64,000 bases of DNA, taken from NCBI GenBank assembly GCA_963727805.1, contig CAVSHF010000005.1, forward strand, positions 768,001 through 832,000. Direction: 5' to 3'. Positions 31,834-42,096 of the stretch are shown here, one piece after another; within the stretch, counting starts at the first letter, position 1, and each line of letters opens with the position of its first letter. Source of the stretch: an uncultured Nitrospiraceae bacterium (lineage in GTDB: Bacteria; Nitrospirota; Thermodesulfovibrionia; Thermodesulfovibrionales; Dissulfurispiraceae). A program made the translations under genes and the position numbers. The notes below the pieces were generated by a model. It made no database searches, was not told where the DNA came from, and worked only from the letters and a program-made list of their open reading frames with translations.

Positions 31834-34617
31834 TCAATTTCCTAATAATCCCTTAAGCAGCTCTCTTAATTCTTCCAGTTTTTCCCCAGCCGCCGAAAAT
31901 TTCCCGGCCCCTTGCAATGACTGGTACTCTTCCAATGCCCGCGATGCCTTCTTAATAAGTTCGGGAGTGCTCACTTTCACCTCTGTTTTTACCCCTGCAG
32001 GCGTTTCCACGGGAATTTGTCGGCCCGTCAGCCTGGAAAGGGCATCTTCAAACGATGAGCCATACCCAAGATTTTCACCTAGTGACACAACCACCCTTTT
32101 CAATTCAGGCATCTTTCCAACCGTCGCCTGCAGGTAGATTGGCTGCACATAGAGCAGTTTGTAGTCTGCAAGCGGGATTATGATCAGATTGCCTAGCACT
32201 ACTTGGCTCCCCTGCTGGTTCCAGAGAGAAAAATCCTTCGATATGACGTCATCTTGGTTCATGCGCGCGCTGATCTGCAAAGGTCCGTAGACAAGTCTAT
32301 CCTTGGGGAATTTGAATAATAGCAGCTTGCCATAGTTCTCTCCATCGCAACGAGCTGCTATCCAGCTCACCATATTGTTGCGGGGCTGTGCCTGATTGGT
32401 GGTAAGAGGCGAGAAAGGCCTGACAAGCGCAAACTCTTCTTTGGTCTCACCAGGAATGGTCATGACCACATAATATGGCATGATCGACTCAACCTTACCA
32501 TGAGAAAGCTCCCCTGCCGGCTGCCATGCATCTTCCCTATTGTAAAAAACACTTGGGTCGGACATATGATAAGTACTGAAGATATCACCCTGTATCCGCA
32601 ATAGGTCCTCAGCGTATCGTATATGCGCCCTCAATTCTGTGGGCATATTGGTTGCACTTTTAAACATTCCGGGGAATATCCTCTGATAGGTCTTGATTAT
32701 GGGATCATCCTGATCGAATACGTAGAAATCCACTTTGCCGGTAAAAGCATTCATCACCACTTTGACGGAATTCCTTATATAATTCAATGATCCTCTTCCA
32801 TGTGACGGCTCTGAATAGGGAAAATCCGTGCTTGCGGTATAGGCGTCCCATAGATAGAACAGATTGCCATTTGCCACTACCTGGTATCTGTCGGAATCGT
32901 ATGCGAGAAAAGGAGCGAGGGTTTTAACGCGGGTCTGAATATCCCTTCTCCAGAGAAGCCTCGTTTGCGGAGTTATTTCGGCAGCCGTTAGAAGCCTCAA
33001 TCCGTCAATCCTGAGGGCGAATGCAAGCTTCTTTAAAAAAGAGTCAAGCTCTATGCCGCTGTTGGCTTCATAACGATAAGTGGCATTTGCGTCCCCGAGA
33101 GGGTAGTCGAACTCCTGATGAGCGGTATGAACATACACATGTTCTGTCGTCACCTCCCCGAAGTATATCCGGGGCTGCGTTATCTGAAGCTCGGGATATT
33201 TAGAGACCGGCGGAATGTCCCTGATCCAATAGTCTGGGGATCCTTCAGGCAGAACCCTATTGACGGGGTTGGCAACGGCGCCATACCCGTGAGTGTAGAC
33301 AAGATGCTCATTCTGCCATGTTTTGGACTGGGCGGCCAGTTTATCAGGATCCAGTTCCCTGGCCGAATACATCAACTGCTGGAGCCTTCCGTTTATGACA
33401 TAACGGACAACATTCACACTGGGGAAGGTGTAGTAAAGCCTGAAGCCCTGGTACTGACTGTTATTACTCTGCTGAACCCTCCAGTCCCAGACGCGTACAT
33501 TGTCGAACGTAACCCTATTCTTGGATATAATATCGGGTGTCATCCCGGAGAAATTGACCGGGAATTCCACCTGCTTCATTTTGTCATCCGTAAGCCCATA
33601 GGCGATTTTAGTATATCTAATATTGTGTTTGATATATTCACTTTCCATTGACAGTTCGTTTGGTGATACCTTGTAGCGCTGCAGTAATGAAGGGACGGCC
33701 TCGACTCCCACTACCCAGGAGAGTATGCATATCAAAAGGCCTAAAGATGCAGCTTGGGCGGTACGCTTGAAGTCATTCGAAAAGATAGAGATCCCGAGCA
33801 ATACGGCGGACACCACAAGCGCCACCATAAAGAAGTTGTATGCGCCAATTTGCACATGTACGTCGGTCCATCCCGGTCCAAAGACAGCGCCCCGGGGAGA
33901 ATACATAAGGTCCCATTTGGCTATTTGAGTCCAAAACATAAAAATACCGATCATCACAACACCCAAGCCTGAAAGATGCGTGATAATGCGGTGGTGATCT
34001 GTTGTGCCGACGTTGATCAAAGTGCTATTCTTCACAAAAATTTGTTTTACCCGTTCACGACTGACAAAACCAATGTAGAGTCCCATAGAACCAAGCATAG
34101 TGGCAAGCACTAAGACAAATAGGGCACTCCGTAGGGTCTTCAGAAAAGGCAGTGTGAAAATATAAAATCCGATATCCCTGTTAAAGATAGGCTCCGTCAG
34201 GTTGAATGATACTTGATGGCTGAAACGGAGGTACTCGTATACTACGTCTGTCATTCCAAAAGCAAATATCGACGCGAATAATAAACAACCGACCGTTGCC
34301 AGATATTTAAGGAATGAGATCATCGAGGTGGTTTTGAAGATATAGAGAAAGTTGGCCATGATGAAAACCAATGCAATTATGAATGACACCGCAAAGATGC
34401 CTATCTCGGGAAGAAGGATATTCCAGTATCTCTGCTCATAACCAAGATCGGCATACCAAAGCGATTCAGTTACAACCTCAATGCCTATCCGGGCTCCCAC
34501 GAAAATGATCGCCACCAGCAATGCCCATGCGATACGGCCTTTGAAGCTATATTTGTTCAAAACGAAGGGCAGTGCGCTTATGCCAATATAAAGCAGAAAT
34601 AATATCCATCCAAGCAT
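31834..34617 (-). CDS. UPF0182-family integral membrane protein
   Basis: LWYADLGY, PIFNRDIGFYIFTLP, NVRVWDWR, HLVYTHGYG, PRIYFGE, NYIRNSVK, PELKRVVV. Confidence 0.9.
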   Translation of the reverse strand: MLGWILFLLYIGISALPFVLNKYSFKGRIAWALLVAIIFVGARIGIEVVTESLWYADLGYEQRYWNILLPEIGIFAVSFIIALVFIMANFLYIFKTTSMISFLKYLATVGCLLFASIFAFGMTDVVYEYLRFSHQVSFNLTEPIFNRDIGFYIFTLPFLKTLRSALFVLVLATMLGSMGLYIGFVSRERVKQIFVKNSTLINVGTTDHHRIITHLSGLGVVMIGIFMFWTQIAKWDLMYSPRGAVFGPGWTDVHVQIGAYNFFMVALVVSAVLLGISIFSNDFKRTAQAASLGLLICILSWVVGVEAVPSLLQRYKVSPNELSMESEYIKHNIRYTKIAYGLTDDKMKQVEFPVNFSGMTPDIISKNRVTFDNVRVWDWRVQQSNNSQYQGFRLYYTFPSVNVVRYVINGRLQQLMYSARELDPDKLAAQSKTWQNEHLVYTHGYGAVANPVNRVLPEGSPDYWIRDIPPVSKYPELQITQPRIYFGEVTTEHVYVHTAHQEFDYPLGDANATYRYEANSGIELDSFLKKLAFALRIDGLRLLTAAEITPQTRLLWRRDIQTRVKTLAPFLAYDSDRYQVVANGNLFYLWDAYTASTDFPYSEPSHGRGSLNYIRNSVKVVMNAFTGKVDFYVFDQDDPIIKTYQRIFPGMFKSATNMPTELRAHIRYAEDLLRIQGDIFSTYHMSDPSVFYNREDAWQPAGELSHGKVESIMPYYVVMTIPGETKEEFALVRPFSPLTTNQAQPRNNMVSWIAARCDGENYGKLLLFKFPKDRLVYGPLQISARMNQDDVISKDFSLWNQQGSQVVLGNLIIIPLADYKLLYVQPIYLQATVGKMPELKRVVVSLGENLGYGSSFEDALSRLTGRQIPVETPAGVKTEVKVSTPELIKKASRALEEYQSLQGAGKFSAAGEKLEELRELLKGLLGN

Positions 34618-34778
34618 TGAATACCCCCTCAAAGGCTTGTCATCATCCCCATTATATCAGATTTATCAGGATACAGACTTCGGGAAGAGGGCAGCGCTAG
34701 CCAACCTCGAACTGGAAAACTCCATATGATAATATAAGGCGGCATGCTGCTAGCATGGGGAACGGCGTCTCTCTAAGC

Positions 34779-36041
34779 CTAACTTTGATTTGCACCCCTC
34801 ATCATGCCGATGAAAAGTTTGATGAGGACAGGATCGTAATTATCAGCTTCTTTCGTGAGCAGTGCCATGGCCTCAAAAGATGAGATCGGCTCTTTAAACG
34901 GTTTTTTAGTTGTGATCGAGTCGTAGCAGTCGCATATGGCGGTAATCCGGCCATAAAGCTTGATCTTGTCGGCCGAAAGCCTGAATGGATAACCGCGCTT
35001 GGAAAGTTTTTCATGATGCTGAACAGCAGCCGTTATGACATCCTCCGGCATGTTCTTATCGGCCTTCAGCAATCTTTCGCCTTCCATAACATGATTTTTA
35101 TAGACCTGAAATTCGTTATCGGAGAGATTGCCCATTTTGTTAATAATTGCCGCGGGTACAATGCTCATTCCTATATCATGAAGCAGTGCCCCAAGGGCAA
35201 GGTTTTGCGTCTCCTTCGGCTTGATCCCTATTTTGAGTCCGAGCCCGGTTGCCATGATTGCAACATTGACGGAATGAACGTTTACAAAGTAATTATGCAG
35301 CCCCTTGGACAGAAATTCGGGTATCTGATCGAGGTTCTCAGAAACCATATTCACAAATGAACTCATTACAGCTCTGATGCGCAATATGATCTCCTTGTTC
35401 GCGGGCTCATTCAGCAGAAAGTCTATCATCAGTTTCAGATTCTCTATGATGGCCCAGTTCTTTATGGTGATTTTTTCAGTCGGCAAGATGCTCTCCGATT
35501 TAATCAGACTGTTGATAAACTGATGGTAAAGCTTAATGTCCGATTTCTTTATCACGATATCTCCGACAATATGAGCGTTATCGATGTGCTCGTCCTTTAG
35601 TTCCGCAGGGTTAGCTTCATCAGCTTTCAGCAGATCCTGCATTTCCAGATTTCTAATAACGAAGAGGCTAAATTTTATTTTTTCTCCGACAATAAGCAGT
35701 TTTCTGCCGGTATAATAGACCTTCTCTTTGTCGGCAGTGTATTTCTCGAACTTTTTTTCAGGGCTGAGGGGGGCGGCTGATTCCTGATTTTTCTTCTTAT
35801 ATTTATTCACTTCATCCATAACTTCGTAGTCCACGTATACTTCAGAAATACCCTTGCCCTGCAGAGCACCTCTGTCTATATGGTTATACTTATGACCCTT
35901 TGGAAAAGATAGCTTGAAAGTGCTTTTATCCTTGGTATAAACATCGCAGGGGAGCTCGGTCCCCACAACAAGGTAGTCCATCTTTATCGGCGTGAAGTCT
36001 ATTACAAAGGTGCGTCTTTTAACTGTTACATAGTCACCCAT
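34779..36041 (-). CDS. HD-GYP domain protein
   Basis: HSVNV, LLHDIG, QHHEK....GYP, ICDCYD; long unassigned N-terminal region. Confidence 0.85.
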   Translation of the reverse strand: MGDYVTVKRRTFVIDFTPIKMDYLVVGTELPCDVYTKDKSTFKLSFPKGHKYNHIDRGALQGKGISEVYVDYEVMDEVNKYKKKNQESAAPLSPEKKFEKYTADKEKVYYTGRKLLIVGEKIKFSLFVIRNLEMQDLLKADEANPAELKDEHIDNAHIVGDIVIKKSDIKLYHQFINSLIKSESILPTEKITIKNWAIIENLKLMIDFLLNEPANKEIILRIRAVMSSFVNMVSENLDQIPEFLSKGLHNYFVNVHSVNVAIMATGLGLKIGIKPKETQNLALGALLHDIGMSIVPAAIINKMGNLSDNEFQVYKNHVMEGERLLKADKNMPEDVITAAVQHHEKLSKRGYPFRLSADKIKLYGRITAICDCYDSITTKKPFKEPISSFEAMALLTKEADNYDPVLIKLFIGMMRGANQS

Positions 36042-36131
36042 GTGTGTTTAATCTACAATATAATCGCAATAAAATCAATAGCGGACACAAGTATTTTATC
36101 CTACCCCTCCCCCACTAGCCGCGCTCGTCAA

Positions 36132-36512
36132 TTATATGATGCTCAGAACGGTAAATATGATGAACATAAGAAGCAGCGATATTCCAACAAGCGTTGCCTT
36201 TAATCGACCGTTTTTGCCCTTGTCGATTGAGGGGATTAGTAGCAGAAGCACTACATAACTCATGGGTACCAGCACCGTGCCTATGATTGCGGTTTTCCCG
36301 GGAAAGTAGCCAACGAGTTCAAAGAGCCAGAGAAAATACCATTCAGGCCTCGGCTGGAAGGGTTTCAGAAAATCGATCTGTCGACCGATCGCGGGGGGGA
36401 AAAGCAGAGCAAGGATCACCAGGATCTCAAAACAGATGACGATAGTTGTGACGATCTCCGAGAGGTAGTCGGGATAGAATCTCTTATCGTTTTTTCCCTT
36501 CTGTTCCGCCAT
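36132..36512 (-). CDS. Cytochrome b C-terminal / b6f subunit IV-like protein
   Basis: RFYPD, three TM segments, PEWYFL motif. Confidence 0.88.
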   Translation of the reverse strand: MAEQKGKNDKRFYPDYLSEIVTTIVICFEILVILALLFPPAIGRQIDFLKPFQPRPEWYFLWLFELVGYFPGKTAIIGTVLVPMSYVVLLLLIPSIDKGKNGRLKATLVGISLLLMFIIFTVLSII

Positions 36513-36524
36513 TATATTGTCCCG

Positions 36525-37172
36525 CTACAATCCTTTTGAAATCCCCTGTCTCTTGACCATGTGAAAGTGTGCCCAGAGGAGAATTGAAATTGACAGAGGT
36601 AGATGGAGTATATGTAGACTGTAAAACCTTACGAGAGTTGCCCCGCTCACTTCGAGGCCTCCTCTGAAGGCATATACGATGTAGTCACCGATGAAAGGAA
36701 CGTTCTGCGCCATCGAAGTCCCCACCTCAGTTGCCCAGTAGGCCTTCTGGTCCCACGGCAGCAGATATCCTGTGAAGCCCGAGAACATCGCCAGAACAAA
36801 GGTCATGACGCCGACCATCCAGTTCAGATCGCGCGGAGGCCTGTACGCCTTTGACAAAAACACCCGCACCGTATGAAGCATAATCGAAATAATAAAGAGA
36901 GAGGCAGACCATTTGTGTAAGCCCCTTATGATCCAGCCCAGGGTCACTTCGTTCGTAATCATGACGATGCTGTGATAGGCCTCCTTCTCGGAGGGGACAT
37001 AGTATAGCGACAGGAGAAAGCCTGAAAAAGCAAGCGTGAGAAAGAAGGTAAAGGCCAAGCCGCCAAAACAGTAGGTATAGCCGATATTTGACGGTATACG
37101 GCGTTCGAGGAACCTGCCATGAGGCCGCTTAATCCCAAAACGGAAATCAAGCCAGTCAAAGACTTTGCCCAT
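36525..37172 (-). CDS. Cytochrome b6-like N-terminal subunit
   Basis: YCFGG, RGLHKWSAS...LHT.RV, GYLLPWDQKAYWA, FYSLHI...HF. Confidence 0.93.
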   Translation of the reverse strand: MGKVFDWLDFRFGIKRPHGRFLERRIPSNIGYTYCFGGLAFTFFLTLAFSGFLLSLYYVPSEKEAYHSIVMITNEVTLGWIIRGLHKWSASLFIISIMLHTVRVFLSKAYRPPRDLNWMVGVMTFVLAMFSGFTGYLLPWDQKAYWATEVGTSMAQNVPFIGDYIVYAFRGGLEVSGATLVRFYSLHILHLPLSISILLWAHFHMVKRQGISKGL

Positions 37173-37615
37173 CAGACTGTGATACCCAAATAAATTTTGC
37201 CCGCCTCGATCTTGTAGGGCAACATGGCGAGCGACTTTGGCGGTGGGCCTGCAATCACCTGACCTTCGCTGTTATACCTGCCGCCGTGGCACGGGCAGAG
37301 GAATTCCTTTCTGTTATTGTCCCAGTTGACATAACAACCGAGGTGCGTACAAACAGGAGAAAATGCAATAAGCCCTTTTTCGTTAACAGAAAGAAAGGCC
37401 CTGTTCAGTATTTCACTCTCAGCAACCGTATATTTGAACTCCACCTTGCGGACCCCTCTCTTGGGCAGATCATCCACATCAAGAACATAGACGAACTGGA
37501 GAAGCCGTTTATTCACCTTAGATGGATAAATGTACCATACAGCGGTGAAGACCCCAGTTGAGAGAAGCACGAAGAAAGATTTGATTATGCCCTTAAGAAA
37601 CTTTCTCCGTGTCAT
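37172..37615 (-). CDS. Rieske iron-sulfur protein
   Basis: Twin-arginine MTRRKFL, CTHLGC, CPCHGG.Y, GPPP. Confidence 0.93.
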   Translation of the reverse strand: MTRRKFLKGIIKSFFVLLSTGVFTAVWYIYPSKVNKRLLQFVYVLDVDDLPKRGVRKVEFKYTVAESEILNRAFLSVNEKGLIAFSPVCTHLGCYVNWDNNRKEFLCPCHGGRYNSEGQVIAGPPPKSLAMLPYKIEAGKIYLGITV

Positions 37616-37666
37616 AAATGCTAGCAATTAGGCAGGGAAAAGCGGTCCATGCCGCCTCCTTAAGCC

Positions 37667-37951
37667 CTATTCTCCGCGGTTGAGGGCGTTATGGAAGGGC
37701 TTGCCGATTTTAAAGTGGAGGGCCTTCTTGGCCGGCACCTGGACTTTTTCTCCGGTCTTGGGGTTTCTCGCCACCTTGCCTTCTCTCTGTTTCAGCCGGA
37801 AGTTGCCGAAACCCCTAATCTCTATCTTTTCGCCACGGGCAAGCGCTTCTTTCATACCGTCGAAGACTGTGTTGATGATCGCTTCAACCTGTTTCTTTGT
37901 CAGCCCTTCGACCTTTTCAGTAACCTTTTCGATGAGCACCGATTTTGTCAT
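37667..37951 (-). CDS. ihfB: Integration host factor beta / HU-family DNA-binding protein
   Basis: MTKS.LIE, IEIRGFGNF, ARNPKTGE; downstream of rpsA-sppA. Confidence 0.85.
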   Translation of the reverse strand: MTKSVLIEKVTEKVEGLTKKQVEAIINTVFDGMKEALARGEKIEIRGFGNFRLKQREGKVARNPKTGEKVQVPAKKALHFKIGKPFHNALNRGE

Positions 37952-38047
37952 TCTCTCCCTCCAAGTGAGCTTAAAATAGGATGCATGTCGTAATCACTTA
38001 TATTTTGAGTCATTATTTACTGTCTTTACTACTGATTGATGTTTTTC

Positions 38048-38905
38048 TCAGGGCATGTACATATAATACATGTACTTCAGACTGATATCGGGCAACACCC
38101 GGGAAAGTTCTTCAGGCACCTTTCCTTCGAGCAGCCTCGACAGAACGCCCTTTTCGGCTTTCGAGACAACTTCGGGCTCTCCTTCGATGCCTGCAAGTTT
38201 TGCAGCATACTTGACGGCATATTCAAGATCGCCCACCTCATCGACAAGGCCAACATTGATGGCCTGACGGCCGGAAAATATCCTTCCATCAGCTATCGCG
38301 CGGGTCTTTTCGATGGGCATCTTCCGCCCTTCTGAAACAGCCTCAATGAATTGCTCATGAACATCATCCATAACACCCTGGATAATCGTGCGCTCCTCCG
38401 GGCCTATGCCCCTAAAAACTGAAGCAAGATCCTTGTTCTTACCGCTCTTGACAACCTCGGTCTTTATCCCGACCTTATCGAGGAGCCCCTTCAGATTCGG
38501 TACCACCATAATGACGCCGATGGACCCGGTGATGGTGCCCTGATTTGCGATGATACGGTCAGCTGGCGCCGATATATAGTAACCACCCGATGCGGCGACC
38601 GATCCCATTGACACGACAACCTTTTTAACCATCTTGGCCTTTTTTACCTGTTCATAAATCTCTTGGGACGGGACAACACCTCCGCCCGGACTGTCGATCC
38701 GAAGCACGATCGCTCTAATAGATGAGTCCTTCACATACCCCTTGATCTCGTCCACCACCGACTTTGCCTCGATGATCGGCCCTTCGACACGAACGAGTGC
38801 AACTTTCTCCCTTGCACCCCAGTTAATTGCCGTATAGATGAGGCTTATAAGGATCAGAAATAGTATAAACAGGAGTGAATAAAGCAATACTTTATTGACT
38901 TTCAT
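38048..38905 (-). CDS. sppA: Signal peptide peptidase SppA
   Basis: LRIDSPGG, AASGGYY, TGSIGV, ADGRIFSG. Confidence 0.95.
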   Translation of the reverse strand: MKVNKVLLYSLLFILFLILISLIYTAINWGAREKVALVRVEGPIIEAKSVVDEIKGYVKDSSIRAIVLRIDSPGGGVVPSQEIYEQVKKAKMVKKVVVSMGSVAASGGYYISAPADRIIANQGTITGSIGVIMVVPNLKGLLDKVGIKTEVVKSGKNKDLASVFRGIGPEERTIIQGVMDDVHEQFIEAVSEGRKMPIEKTRAIADGRIFSGRQAINVGLVDEVGDLEYAVKYAAKLAGIEGEPEVVSKAEKGVLSRLLEGKVPEELSRVLPDISLKYMYYMYMP

Positions 38906-40505
38906 GAGCCCTCACGTTTTTCATGCTGAGTCCAATCTTGCGCTCTTCCACATTCAATTTTATAATCCTGACCCATAAGTCGTCACCTTCATTGATCTCT
39001 CTTGTTGTATCGACCTCGGATGTATAAATCAGACCTTCTACGCTGTTTTCAAGTTCCACAAAAATGCCGAAGTCGCTTTTCCTCAGGACCTTCCCCCTGA
39101 ACTCTTCGCCAAGCCTGAATTTCGCGGGAATCTCGGTCTCCCATGGATCGTGAGTGAGTTGCTTGATCCCGAGGGCCATCCTCTCGCGTTCAGCATCAAG
39201 ATTGAGAACAACTGCATCGATCTTTTGCCCTTTCTTCAAGACCTCCGACGGATGCTTGATATGCTTCGTCCATGAAAGGTCAGCGATATGGATCAGGCCG
39301 TCCACTCCTTCAGGCAACCGCACAAAGGCCCCAAAATCGGTAATGGTCTTGATCTTGCCCGTAATCGTCTGTCCCACCTGATAATGGTCTGCAATCAGTT
39401 CCCATGGTTTTGGTTTGAGCTGCTTCAGGCTCAGGGAAAGCCTCTTTTCGTCCTTATTCACATTGATGACTTTCGACTCAATCATATCTCCGACAGAAAC
39501 ATACTTGGAAGGATGTTTCTGTCGGGGTGACCAATCGAGCTCTGATATATGAATGAGACCTTCGAGCCCTTCCTCGACCTCAACAAACACCCCATAGTCA
39601 GTAACGTTCACCACTTTCCCGGTGATGTTCATTCCCGATTGATATCTCTCATCTACTGAAAGCCAGGGGTTCGGCTTCTTCTGCTTGTATCCAAGAGTGA
39701 CTTTTTGTGTTGCTTCGTCGAACTTGAGGACGAGAAATTCCTTTTCGTCTCCCACGGAAAAAAATTCCGAAGGATGGTTGACTCTTCCCCATGATATATC
39801 GGAAATATGGAGGAGCCCGTCAATACCGCCAAGATCTACAAAAACACCATAATCCGTTATGTTTTTGACCGTTCCCTGCAGTAGTGCTCCTTCCTTAAGA
39901 AACTTGAGGGTCTCCTCTCGCAATGTCTTTGTCTCTTCTTCGATGATGGACCGTCGCGAAACAATAAGAGTCATGCCCGCCGACGCCCCCTGGCCAGCAC
40001 CATACCCTCTTGCAGGGCTCATCTTCAATATCCTAAGCGGGATAGTCTGTCCAACATAAGCATCGAGGTTCTTTACTGGTTTCACATCGATCTGCGAACC
40101 CGGAAGGAACGCTTTGATGCCTACAACATTGACAATCAGACCTCCTTTTGTCTTCTCGATCACCTTTCCTTCCACCTTAGTATTGCCCTCGAGGGCGGAT
40201 GTCAAGGACTCCCATGCCTTTATCTTGGATGCCCGCTCCCTTGAAAGATAGACAACACCTTCTTGGTCATTGATTCGTTCGATGAAGACAAAGAGTTCAT
40301 CGTCAGCCTTCATGTTCTTAATTTCGTCACTACTAAATTCCGTCGCCGGAATGGTCCCCTCCGATTTATACCCGATATCGACAACGATGCCGTCAGGTTT
40401 CACTGCGATGACCCTCCCCTTTACTACTTCTCCACTGTGAATTCGCTGAAGGGTATCAGCATACATTTGTTCAAGTTCTCTTTCCTCTTCGTTCTGCATG
40501 TTCAT
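38892..40505 (-). CDS. rpsA: 30S ribosomal protein S1
   Basis: Six S1 repeats; VDIGYKSEG, FLPGSQ, DGLLHISDISW. Confidence 0.96.
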   Translation of the reverse strand: MNMQNEEERELEQMYADTLQRIHSGEVVKGRVIAVKPDGIVVDIGYKSEGTIPATEFSSDEIKNMKADDELFVFIERINDQEGVVYLSRERASKIKAWESLTSALEGNTKVEGKVIEKTKGGLIVNVVGIKAFLPGSQIDVKPVKNLDAYVGQTIPLRILKMSPARGYGAGQGASAGMTLIVSRRSIIEEETKTLREETLKFLKEGALLQGTVKNITDYGVFVDLGGIDGLLHISDISWGRVNHPSEFFSVGDEKEFLVLKFDEATQKVTLGYKQKKPNPWLSVDERYQSGMNITGKVVNVTDYGVFVEVEEGLEGLIHISELDWSPRQKHPSKYVSVGDMIESKVINVNKDEKRLSLSLKQLKPKPWELIADHYQVGQTITGKIKTITDFGAFVRLPEGVDGLIHIADLSWTKHIKHPSEVLKKGQKIDAVVLNLDAERERMALGIKQLTHDPWETEIPAKFRLGEEFRGKVLRKSDFGIFVELENSVEGLIYTSEVDTTREINEGDDLWVRIIKLNVEERKIGLSMKNVRAHESQ

Positions 40506-40509
40506 ACTA

Positions 40510-41355
40510 TCACCTTCCTCCTATATGTCTAATTCTATCCGCCACTTCCTCTATGATCCAGTCGGGTGTCGAGGCGCCCGCGGTGATGCCGACTTTGTCG
40601 ACATTTGCAAACCAACCCACCTTAATCTCTGAGGCCGTTTCAATGTGGTATGTCGGGACGGACATGGATATACAGAAATTAGCAAGTTGAGTTGTATTGG
40701 CGCTGTTCTTACCTCCGACAACGATAACCACATCCACCTTTTCAGCAATGCTTTTTGTCTCTTTCAGCCTCAATGCCGTCGAATTGCATATAGTGTTAAA
40801 AACCTTAAGCTCCTTTACACGGTCCACAGAATCGCTAAGAAAGTCTTTAAGGACGCTCACCGGCTGGGTTGTCTGGACCACAACGCCTACTCTGCTCTTA
40901 AGATTTGGAGGAGAATCATCCTTATTGACCACGACCGCATCCGGTCCTGCATAGCTCATCAACCCCTTCACTTCGGGATGCTCTTTATCACCGATGATAA
41001 CTACCTGGTAGTCTTCTGCTCTGAGAAGTCTCGCATAATTCTGGGCCTTTTTAACAAAGGGACAGGTTGCGTCAATGACTTCGTATTTCTTCTTATTGAG
41101 CTTCTCGGATATCTCTTTCGAAACGCCATGGGTCCTGACGATAAGGGTCTTAATCTTGCGACTGTCAATCGACTCGATGGGTTGTACCCCCTCTGATTTG
41201 AGTTTCTCGATGACCTGGGGATTATGTATTATAGGCCCCAGCGTATACACCCGTTCGCCCTGCCTCGCCACAGCAAAGGCCATGTCTACTGCCCTTTTCA
41301 CTCCGAAACAGAAGCCAGCCCGTTTCGCCGTGATTACGTTTATGCTGCCCGCCAA
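40510..41355 (-). CDS. ispH: 4-hydroxy-3-methylbut-2-enyl diphosphate reductase
   Basis: AGFCFGV, IIHNP, DATCPFV, TICNST, TAGASTP. Confidence 0.97.
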   Translation of the reverse strand: MAGSINVITAKRAGFCFGVKRAVDMAFAVARQGERVYTLGPIIHNPQVIEKLKSEGVQPIESIDSRKIKTLIVRTHGVSKEISEKLNKKKYEVIDATCPFVKKAQNYARLLRAEDYQVVIIGDKEHPEVKGLMSYAGPDAVVVNKDDSPPNLKSRVGVVVQTTQPVSVLKDFLSDSVDRVKELKVFNTICNSTALRLKETKSIAEKVDVVIVVGGKNSANTTQLANFCISMSVPTYHIETASEIKVGWFANVDKVGITAGASTPDWIIEEVADRIRHIGGR

Positions 41356-41447
41356 AAAACACCTCCAAAAATAACCATTACATGAGACTTGTTGTGGTGG
41401 ACTAACCTATAAGATACAGAATAATGCATTTATATTTCAAGGATATA

Positions 41448-42095
41448 TCACTGCGCCTTTTTTAAAATAACATCAATAACTGCATTGAGTGACATATCAC
41501 TGGTATCGATATAGATGGCGTCTTCAGCCTTTCTTAGTGGAGCGATGTCACGGTTCTTGTCCCTGAAATCCCTGTCTCTGACATCCCGCAAGGCTTCCTC
41601 CATCGTGATCGGGAGCCCCTTTTCCTTGAGCTGGAGATAGCGCCTTTCTGCACGGCCCTCTTCAGAAGCGTCAAGATATATCTTAACCTGAGCTTCTGGG
41701 AACACTATCGTGGTCATGTCCCTGCCCTCGGCAACAATATCGCAGTTCCGGCCTGCGGCTTTCTGAATCATCAAGAGATGGTCCCTTACGCTCTTCCTGG
41801 CAGAAAAGACCGAAGCGAAATGTCCGGCCTCAGGCGTCCTAATCACATCCGAGATATCCTCGCCATTTAGAAATACCTTCTCACCATCGAGACTTATCTC
41901 CGCATCTCTTACAGCATCAATGATTTGTTCATCTGGACTTTCGGGGCTCGCCCCCTTCCTGGTCAAATGGAAGGCCAGCGCCCGATAAAAGGCCCCTGTA
42001 TCAAGATACTGAAATCCAAGCCGCTGCGCTACCAGCCTGGAAACAGAACTCTTTCCGGCCCCCGATGGGCCGTCTATGGCGATAACCTTTGCCAA
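41448..42095 (-). CDS. cmk: Cytidylate kinase
   Basis: IAIDGPSGAGKSS, LDTGAFYR, EGRD, RD..D..R..APL. Confidence 0.96.
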   Translation of the reverse strand: MAKVIAIDGPSGAGKSSVSRLVAQRLGFQYLDTGAFYRALAFHLTRKGASPESPDEQIIDAVRDAEISLDGEKVFLNGEDISDVIRTPEAGHFASVFSARKSVRDHLLMIQKAAGRNCDIVAEGRDMTTIVFPEAQVKIYLDASEEGRAERRYLQLKEKGLPITMEEALRDVRDRDFRDKNRDIAPLRKAEDAIYIDTSDMSLNAVIDVILKKAQ

Positions 42096-42096
42096 T

